From Trichosphaerium sp. ATCC 40318 (taxonomy: Eukaryota; Protista; Tubulinea): 64,000 nt of DNA. Shown piece by piece: positions 54,218 to 64,000 of the stretch. How positions within the stretch are numbered: the stretch's first letter is position 1; the number at the start of each line of letters is the position of its first letter. Both the position numbers and the translations under genes were made by a program. The notes below the pieces were generated by a model that searched no databases, was not told where the DNA came from, and saw only the letters and a list, made by a program, of their open reading frames with translations. The stretch covers positions 1 through 64,000 of the forward strand of contig JALMLS010000379.1 in assembly GCA_038496445.1 (NCBI GenBank), written 5' to 3'.

Positions 54218-56310
54218 TTACTCGTGAGTCATAATAACTCTCGGAGATGAGAATTTCCCTCGTTTGTACTGTCTATAGATAAATGAGCGCAGTACCGTTG
54301 GCAATAGCAGCGTACTGAAAGGTATACATAATGGATGCAATGACAGTGGCTATAACAACAACTCCTACAGCGATACATGGAATGATTATAGAAAAGTTTA
54401 CTTGACTTGACGCTGAGTTTACTTGACATTGAGCTTCGGAAAGTGATACAACAAATGCAAATCCTTTTGAGGTGTGTATTATTTTAGATTGCAGTTCTTG
54501 ACATGATTTCTAAACAAAGGTCATTTGAATCACAAAAATGATAAAAAAATACAGGGTTTGGCGTACATGTGATCTTCCTCCAATAAATTCTACTGTAGTG
54601 TTCTATAAACAATAAATATATTAAGATTGCAAGTTTGTACTTACTCTGAGATCTTTGGCAATCACGCGACTGACTTCCTCTCCATTGTGATATGTTGTGT
54701 TATTTAATATCACTATGATACCATTTGTTGCTGACAAAGAACCTTGTGTTGTCAATAAAGATGAGTTCGCATCAAGTGTAATTGATCCTTAAATAAACAA
54801 ATGAGAAAAAACAAGAAAACAAATCCACGCACCATCAACAGTTAAATTTCCCAAGATGATAACATCATTCTGAATCACTATTGTACTTGCGCCTAGAATC
54901 TCGCCTTCCATGGTTCCATTTATTACAACTATTTCTTTATCACATTTAAATTTAGTGCAAGCTAAACCAGTTAAAACAGCATTTCTTGGCTTTGTTCAAT
55001 ACCAATTTCTTTTGGAAGAAGTGTAGTGTACTCAAGATCCTTCATTATTACACTCAATGCGTTATCGTTTGATCTACAACATGTTGATTAGTTATACTGT
55101 ATTTACCAACACCAGGTTGTACGCAAATGTAACATCTATACTGCTTGAGTTAATCCCAGGAGGTACTGTAAGACAAACTCCAACTAATATGTACTTAGTA
55201 AGTGCAAAGTATAGCGTCAAACCTAAACTATCTAGGATGCCAGGAGTAGTTACAGTATCAACAGCATGCCCGTTTATCAGCACCCCAGTTATGTTGAGTG
55301 TCTTTTCAGAATCAGGTATTAAAAACTCTATCAATGGGCTTCTTTCTAAGAAAGCACAAAGCCGTGTATATGCGATAAAAGGTGGTGTGTAGGGTAACTG
55401 ACCAACTACATAATAGAGTTAAAAAAAACAATCACGTGATTATTGACCAAATATTTATAAATAGAACTTGTACAGAAAACAAAAGATAACAATTCTATTT
55501 CCTATTCACGTGCGTGGGTCGTGGTATGCATTAGCTTTTAAGTCAAATGGTGTACTGGCTAGCAAGTACAATCTAGGCTTGCTTGAAATTGGATCACACA
55601 AATAAACGTCATCAAGAACATTTCCTACATCTGAGCATTGTTAGCGGCTGCAATCTAGAGATAAAAAACCCTTCATTGCCAGTATTGCCGTTTTGATTCC
55701 ACTTTTTCATGCTTTGCGTTACATCTATTTTAATCTCATCTCCTGCAGTATAACCCTCGTACGTAGCTACAGGCGATTCTACAAAGTCAACACCAGCAAC
55801 TAAATATTCATTTTAGCTTTGTTTGTTTACTACTTTCGCACTAGCGTTTACGATTTACGCAAGATAACATTAAAATCACGTGCCTGGGCCGGTGTTGTTT
55901 GGAAAATAGTCCCAGTTCATCCCACGAAACCAAGGTGTTATCATTTCGTGTATTGATCCTGAAACTTGGCCTATAGTCGTATTTGATACAGTGAGAGTCA
56001 GTTCAGACACCGCTACAGTAAAAACGGGAGGGAAATCCCCCGCTGTAATAAAGTAAATTATCATATCTCACAGATAGCGTACCAGATCTAAATAAGGGCC
56101 GTACTAGTATCATCGATGGCCTTGAGGTGTTATTTGGTGGCACTATTCTGGAATGCATGCAAAAGTCATAACTGAACGTGTAAAATAGGCTCGCTACTAT
56201 GGGCTGCCCTGCAATACAAATAACTTTTTAGTGCTTTACAACGAGAAACAAATTAGGCTTTACCTTCAACTAGCGACGAAATCAACAAGATTAGGCTTTA
56301 CCTTCAACTT
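54218..56310 (-). pseudogene. Family copy 4, probable pseudogene
   Basis: No ATG found in the signal-peptide exon, where a 20-nt duplication ATTAGGCTTTACCTTCAACT lies at ~56252 and ~56289. The donor after NEGF is deleted (~55660). Confidence 0.6.
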
Positions 56311-56455
56311 TTAACGGAATTCTTGACAATATAACGATGCGACTTAAAATCAGGTGACTTAGCTCTATTTTAAAGGAAACTTGTTCTTACAGAATTACTC
56401 ATATCTAATTTACAAACACCATTACCAAATACGTTTTAATGTCCAGTTTTCTTCG

Positions 56456-58556
56456 TTATTCATGTGCTACCATAACTCTTGGAACTGCGTATTTTTCACG
56501 TTTGTACCTCCTATTTTAGAAATTAATCATTTTGTTAGGTGTAAACTACGTACTGAACAGAATACATGATGACAGCAACAATTACAGCTAGGACTACAAC
56601 ACCCACAGCCGCACAAGATATGATAATGGCGTTACTTGCTATAGATGATTCTGTATTTACTTGGCATGGGTCACTGTTGAGTGATACCACAAATACAAAT
56701 CGTTCTGAGATAGGTACTATTTTAGATTGAAGTTCTTGGCATGATTTCTAAACCAAGTTACAAAAGGGTCAATGGTGACAAAGGCCAAAAACGAAGATAC
56801 ACAAATAGCAAGCTTGTACGTACAGGCGATTGCCCTCCAATAAATTCTACAGTAGTGTTCTATTTCTTAGTATTAGTAGGTAAATAATAACTATGGTTGG
56901 TATACTTGTAAATTGGTGGCTATCACGACAGCAACTTCTTCACCATCGTAATACGTTCTATTATCCAATAACACTTTTATATTGTCTGTTGCTGATAAGG
57001 AACCTTGTGTTGTCAATAAAGAGGAGTTTGCATCAAGTGTAATTGATCCTTAAACAAAACAAATGAGAAAAAAAACAAGAAAACAAATCCACGCACCATC
57101 AACAGTTAAATTCCCCATGATGACAACATCATTCTGAATCACTATTGTACTTGCGTCTATAATCTTTCCTTCCATAGTTCCATTTACTACGACTGTTTGA
57201 TTGTCACACTCAAATTTCGCACAACCTAACGCAAACAATTACAAATGCCTCTTCTGCCACAATTTTTCAATACCAATTTCGTTTGGAAGTAATCTTGTGT
57301 ATGAAATATCAGTAAAGAGTAAGCTCAATACTTCATCATCAGAACTAAGAAAACAACGATTAGTTGGTTATAAAAACCCAACACCCCGTACGCTACAGTC
57401 AAGTCTACCCTACTTGTGTTAAGCCCAGGAGGTACCGTCAGACAAAATCCAACTAGATAAATGTTAGAAAAAAATACGTCATCCTCTCAACGAACCTACA
57501 GTGCCATCTATGGGCGGCACCCTATTAATTTCAACACTACGTCCGTCTACTAATAGCGTATCAAGCATAATAAGGTCTTCAGCCACTACTTGTATGATCA
57601 CATTTCCTTGAATGAAAACACAAAGCCGTGTATATGCAATAAAAGGAGGTGTGTAGGGAAATTGGCCAACTACGATAGAATATACACAATTAACATAACC
57701 AAAAATCACGTGGTAGTTTTGTTTCAAAGGGTGTTTTAAATTCAACACGTACGTGGGTCGTGGTATGAGTCTGCTGTGAAAGTATAAAAAGTGTTGGCTA
57801 GTACAAACAGTTTCGGTCTAGGTGGCGGGTCGCACAAATGAATGTCATCAAGAACGTTGCTTGTATCTTCATTACTGTTAGCGATAATTTCATGCTTGTA
57901 TTTATGTGTACTTGATTGTATTAAAAAACCTTCATTGCCAGTATTGCCGTTTTGATTCCACTTTTTCATACTTTGTGTTACGTCTATTTTAATCTCATTT
58001 CCTGCAGTATAACCCTCGTACGTAGCTACAGGCGATTCTACAAAGTCAACACCTGCGACTAAATATTCATTTTAGCTTGTTGTTTACTACTTTCGTACTA
58101 GCGTTTACGATTTACGCAAGATAACATTTAAAATCACGTGCCTGGACCGGTGTTGTTTGGAAAATAGTCCCAGTTCATCCCATTGGACCATGGTGTTATC
58201 ATTTCGTGTATTGATCCTGAAACTTGGCCTATAGTCGTATTTGATACAGTGAGAGTCAGTTCAGATACTGCTACAGTATATAAAGCAGGGAAGTCATCAG
58301 CTATGAAAACATTATCATCTACACTTGGATACACTACGTACATTTTCTAAATACGGGTGCTACTAGTACTGTAGATGGCATCGAGGCGTTGTTCGGTGGT
58401 ACTATTCTTGAATGCGTACAAAAGTTGACGCTATCGCTATGAATGACTCTCCCTAAGAAAGACTGCCCTAAGATGAATAAATTATGGCTAAGAGAAACAT
58501 TCGCTACCTTGAACTAGCGACGAAACCAAAATGAGGTATGCTATGAGTTCAACCAT
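56456..58556 (-). CDS. DNRLRE-like type-I membrane protein family, copy 5
   Basis: MVELIAYLILVSSLVQG signal, same exon series, TM segment and tail RYKREKYAVPR. Confidence 0.7.
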
Positions 58557-60107
58557 AATAGAAAGCATTGCTCACGTGCGTATGTTTTTCATAAAACGTA
58601 GTTGACTGTAGTTGTGTGTCTTTTTCAACACGTGATTTGACGTTATTTGCTTAACTAGTACGTAAAAATGTACCATCCATACGAGAATGGGAAAAGCTGG
58701 ATGTCGGGAAAATCTGGAAATCTGGAAGGAAAATGCAAGTGCTTTTTCTCCCCACACCAACAAATTTGAGGCCTCAGTCGCCAGACGCAGGCTATAGCAA
58801 CCTGGCCCTATAGGAAGATTATGTGGTATAATTCAACGTTAAGCCGCTTGAATTACCTTCGGGTGATTCACTCCGCTTAAGGCAATGGCATACAACTGTT
58901 CACACAAAGACAAATGTTCGAATGGTACACTCAACTTTTTTACAAAGAGCGCAGAACGGCACAGATTTGAAAGAAATGCGTCTGGATAGGTTTAAACGTT
59001 ACGCGCTATATCACTATGAGCTATGTTCAAAAATACTATCCACAACATCCCTATTCCTTGTCTGTATTCACACGAGCAGATAATATAAAGAAAATAACGT
59101 ACATTCCTTGTGCGGTTTCACGAGAATGAGTCTATACTCTATGCACTACTACTACGCGCATAGAGTACTACTATAACAATTAGAGAGCCAGCAGTGGAGT
59201 TTTAAGCAAAATGGGAAATAAAAACATTAATAGCTTCTTTGGAGTTATTTATGTGAGAACCCAGGGAAGGGCCTTACTGAAAGCGAACTGGACCATTTAC
59301 TCGCTTGCATTTATTGTCTCTGCTAAAACAAAACCGTTTTTTCGGTTAGTTTTCGGCATCATTTCCTTTTTTAGGCGTGTTTCTGAAAATTGGTTTTCGT
59401 ATATTCTGAGTGGCACTAATATAACTTTTCAACAATGATTAAAGCACTTCTAGGTTATGCGCTATACTGTCTATAGCCTAGGCTATAAACCTTCATGGGG
59501 AATAGTTATGCCTTGTGGCGTATCGAAGAGTGCTGGCAAAATTGTTTCTCTGGGTCAACAAGGTGTTACTTCCGTGGCTGTTTACAGAGCGCTTGTACCT
59601 AGAAAAGAACGGCGTTATATACATATGCTCATTGAAAGCTAGTTGGACTAAGACAGTTGATCTTCATGTCCATCAAAATGCGCTGACTGTTGGCAACATG
59701 TGCTATAGAACAATTTTAGTTCTTTTCATTGTAATATAAGTACTAGATTGTATGCCCTCAGTGAGCGTATATGTACATGACTATGATGTCAGAAATAACC
59801 ACAAGTTCATAGAAAGTCTTAGTGCCCCTACTTTTTACAGTGGATCTCGTTCACTTAGTTGTTGTGCACTTTGAACCAAATAAAAGCAACCTTTCTCCCA
59901 AATTTATGGCATCTTATTTTACTGTACCTTGTTTGTCTAAAAGTTGCGCAATTATAGTTATGGGTATAGTTTTCAAGCTTAACTTTCTAATCTATCTCCT
60001 CACTTGGAAACTGTACTGTATAAACTGCACTGGTTTTATTTACAACGCAACTCTGCTTAAACTCTGTTTGCATGATTGCAGAGTTACAATTGAGTTTGTA
60101 GTATTAT

Positions 60108-61092
60108 TTAAACATTCATTAAACACACTAGACAAAAGCATATAAGCCAGCAATAAGCGAAACAACTTCTTGGTTGGGAAGTGCTAGTACTTGGTGTAAT
60201 AGAAGGTTGTTGTGCTGTAGGTTCTTGGCTTGGTGATATTGGTGTAGCAGTTGCTGGAGGTAGTCCCGTTGTTGGCGTTGTGGTTGTTGGCATTGTCATA
60301 GGTGACAGTGTCGTTGGGGGTAGCATCGTAGGTGATAATGTAGTTGGTGGCAATGTTGTGGGTGGTGTTGTAGGTGGCAAAGTTGTTGGTACAGGTTCGT
60401 ATACAAATATACTAGTATAGAGACCTTGTAATGAAGAATTTGGTGGATACGTAAACCTGAGGTAAACAAGGATTAACAATTATTAGAGGTTCTTATTTTA
60501 CTTACTTGAATGTAGTTGAGTTGAATTCTACATCAATAGGGGTTTGTTAAGTTAGATGATTTGAGATAAAACCTACAAGAATAATTTAGGAAAGTATAGC
60601 CTCAAAAACTTGGATAACAGCTTTTTCTTTGTAGCACCTATACTGCTTCCTTTTAAACTTTGTTTTCAAAATGACAGTGTAATAACGTTTGCTTATGTGC
60701 GAAATTTGATATCAATTTTTTGTCAAAGTATAGTGTTTGGAGTGCTTGAGTGAGACAAGACATGAAAATCTTTGAAATCAAGTTTTACCTGTTACTACTG
60801 GTTGTTCCATAACGCAAGTCATAACATACGGTGAGCCATTTGTACTTGATCCTCTTACGCTGTTTACTTACTTTACTTTACTTTTATTTGGTTGTGATGA
60901 CGATCCGATTAAATTAAAGTTGTTAATTTACGAACTCGCACTTGCCTTCATCGCCCACGCCTTTAGTTGAGGTCAATAAAAGGCAGTGTAACAAAAATAG
61001 CCAGCAGAGCCTAGTTCTTAAATTAAGAACGTACTGAGCGATAACACTAGCGTGGCAAATAGACATAAAGTAATCCAAAGCGCTTTAGCCAT
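60108..61092 (-). pseudogene. Secreted mucin-like (TTLPP repeat) gene, probably degenerate
   Basis: Signal-peptide exon MAKALWITLCLFATLVLSL at 61092 and a T/P-rich exon at 60150-60460. The intervening exons could not be joined without stops. Confidence 0.35.
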
Positions 61093-61389
61093 TTTGTAGT
61101 TTTTGGCAACGAAATATGTCTTGTTAAGTTACATCCTGCGACTTATGCTTACCACTAACAGAACTCACGTCGTGTTCTACGTGTTGCAAGTGTAGTTTTA
61201 TTTTAGGCGCAGGAGATTCACTTGGATGGTACATGGTACCAGTGAGCGTTAGTAAGTCGTATAAACCAAAAGACATAGCGAAAAATCGAATGATAATTTT
61301 TTTATTTTCATAGTTTGTTGCTGTTAAGTCTTTGAGTTGACGCCAACAAGAACCTCTAGTGATACTACTAAGAACTTTAGGTATGTATC

Positions 61390-63884
61390 CTAAGCTGATC
61401 TTTGTTGGTTCAATTGATCTTTAGTTAACCACATGCCATGGAAACCAAACGGTACACGTTGTGGTAATGCAACACGTGATACAAGTGATAAGTCTTTTGC
61501 ATCGTATATGACAGACTCTGAGTTATTCTTTGCAGAATCATAAACAAATCCTATCAAATAGCCCTAAAATACAATTAATGAAGAAAACAACTTTCTATCT
61601 GGAGCTCAAAATCCAAAAGAAAAAAAGAAAGAAAAAAGAAGGCCTTTTTTTTTTAGGTTGACGTACATCATCTTCGTCTTTTGCACCGTCTTTAGGAACG
61701 AAACTGAATTCTCCACCAAATCTTCCGTCGCCATGGTAAAGCGTAGAACACGCTAGTAAAAGGTAAGTCTTTCATAAAAGAATCATTGTAAGTACTCTTT
61801 TTTTCTACATCTATTTTTGCTACACCTTGGAAATTGTCGATTTTTGGTGAAGCGGCTTTCCACATAGAGTATAAATACCTGTATATTAAATAAGAAAATC
61901 ATATTTATACACCAGCCTTGGCCATTAAGACCAGCAAGCAGTACAGATAAAGTGTTCCAAAACAAAACAAAAACAACAATAGTGCAACATTAGCAAGCTT
62001 GTCGCTAGCATACCTTGACTTGTAACCCATATACTCGGTGTTAATGACAGGAAATTCATATGTACTACCGTCATTTGCGTAGTCTACAGGACCTTCAGTC
62101 ACCTTCTTTGTCTTCAAGTCGAAAGTCCACAAATAGTTTTTGGCCACTTTTGTTTCAGATTTTAATTTGCCACTCATATCGACTGTAAAAAGGACCCAAT
62201 GAGCAAATGTTATTACAAAGCTATAAAAATATCGTACTGTTATCGTGTCTTACACCATAAAGCAATATTTTATCTCTACAGTACCAGTCAAATCAAACGT
62301 AACATATTTTCAAAATTTTCAGAAAATAATACCCTTCCTCCCATGCATTTGCAACATGGAATACATAACAGGTATCAGCTTCAAACCACATTACTTCATC
62401 AAGAGACTACATAACGGCATAAGTAAAAATAAAGACACTTGCCAAGTGGCACGTGCTAGTCACGCGGCACAAGTATATATTCTTCCTTTGATGTACTTTT
62501 TACTTTAAAAGCGTACCTTGGCGTGTCTAGGAAGAATAGCAAATCTTGACTTTCTCTCTTCGTTGAACACAAAGAACTTCTTATCCGATGGTCTGAACTC
62601 CAAAGGTAAATCCATGATTATAGAATAATTCTCTGTAATAGCCATATCGTGCATCTAAAAGTAAAAAGTTATTTTTTCAACAAAGTAAGTTTGCACGTGT
62701 AGCCTTCTTAGAAGGTATCTAAACGTACCATAACTGGTATTTGAATATCCAAGTCAAGAGGCTTTTCTGATAGCTTGCCATCGCTTGAGACTGTACGATA
62801 TTGTACGTACGGCTTCTTTGCAAGGCTGTAGCCCTATTTTGTTTTGTTATTTATCAGTACAGTGAGTCATGAGTGCGTACAAAGAATATCATTTCACCGG
62901 TTTTACGGTCGACTTTAGGGTGAGCCGTAAAGTTATGCTTGAGCTCACCATCGTAGTCATACTTTTTAATAGTATCGAGAGTCTGGGCAGTGACCCAATG
63001 AGGTTGACTCTAAAAATAAAACGAAACTTAGAATTTAAAGTTCAGTGAGTTTAGGTAAACGTACACCCTCCATAAGTGCCATCATACGCCTGTCATGGTA
63101 AATAAGAGCTGTATTAGCTGTATCCTCTAGAAATAAAATGAGTACAAAGAGAACCCGAGACCTAACAAAAAGAAAATGAGAAAAAAACAAGCGTACTGGA
63201 ATAAGGATCTCTGCCACCAAAGAGAGCCAAGTATGCTTTTGAAGCCATAAAGTATCCGAAACCTCTTTAATAGACCCATTAAAGATGATCATAGATACGC
63301 AGATGGTAGACGTACAGCGCTGTTTTCAAAGTTGTGAAAGAAAGGAAATACTGTTTTCCCACACGCTCTTCGTATTTATGGTCATCTGTTTGAACATAAC
63401 TAGAATGGAATGAGGTGATTAGAAGGTTTAAAGCGTGCACAACGAGTTTGGAAAACGTACCGATTTTTGTAACTAACGTTACCGTTTTGAATGCGTACGC
63501 CATGAAGCATACCATCACCTAGGTTTGGCTTGGTTAGTTTAAATAACGGCATAAGCTGTTATGCCTTCAAACCAATGATAATGCCTAAAAGTAGCATTAG
63601 ACGCGGTTTAATGTATGTCAGCGTACTTTTTATCATAGAACATGGGATTTGAACCGTTACCTACGAGAAAACGTAAACAGGTATGCAATAAGCTATTCTA
63701 CGCACGGACGAACATTCCATCAATATCTTTGGGGACTTCTCCTACACCAAGCGTAAGAAAGTCACCGTTTGCGATTTAATTATCTAGTATGTACGAACGT
63801 GCCTTCAATAACACTGAGGTTAGTAGCATCAATCTCCTTGTGTACAGGGGCGAAGTTGCCAGACGTAAACCTTTCAACTGACAT
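61390..63884 (-). CDS. Carotenoid cleavage oxygenase (RPE65/CCD family)
   Basis: [62 protein letters not shown] and RVPFGFHG (four Fe-binding His). Confidence 0.93.
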
Positions 63885-64000
63885 GCTTGCGTTGTGAACA
63901 GATGTAGACAATAAACATGAAACTTTTACGGAGAATTAAGTCACCACAGTCCGTAAGAAATCCTGCGTTTAATAACTTAACGACTCTTAAGTCAGATAGT

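Noticed and set aside
58670-58930. HDV-like ribozyme (GTACCA ... CGAATGGTAC)
   Set aside because: P1, P1.1 and L3 elements cannot be built.
59085-59130. U12 snRNA look-alike (TAAAGAAAATAACG...ATTC...GAAT)
   Set aside because: Lacks the GTAAGGA needed to pair with the TCCTTAAC branch seen in this genome, and has no Sm site.

Overview
AT-rich, gene-dense eukaryotic (protist) nuclear DNA with many short (~45-150 nt) spliceosomal introns. The dominant donor is GTACGT/GTGCGT, the genetic code is standard, and the ORF track mostly shows exon fragments. Gene content (filamin repeats, RB, heterotrimeric G-alpha, homoaconitase, USP32) suggests an amoebozoan-like organism, which is an inference. Genes reconstructed by eye, in order: USP32-like (5' part), a HEPN-like protein, G-alpha, a W-rich repeat protein, LYS4, RB, a small ORF/kinase pair, a membrane protein, two convergent F-box/LRR genes, GLE1, a multi-TM protein, a vWA protein, HACL1, a secreted 2-Cys peroxiredoxin, tandem rhodanese, a filamin-repeat protein, PTP, formimidoylglutamase and a carotenoid oxygenase. 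A five-copy family of type-I membrane proteins with a DNRLRE-like ectodomain flanks PTP/hutG; two copies are pseudogenised, one by a TA-flanked MITE. Most notable: (1) two U12-type minor-spliceosome introns (AT-AC in HACL1, GT-AG in RB); (2) an excess of GC-AG introns, mostly GCACGT; (3) the mosaic, gene-converting DNRLRE-like surface family; (4) a perfect E2F double site upstream of RB; (5) two unexplained structured intergenic elements. Gene end coordinates were read manually and some are approximate.
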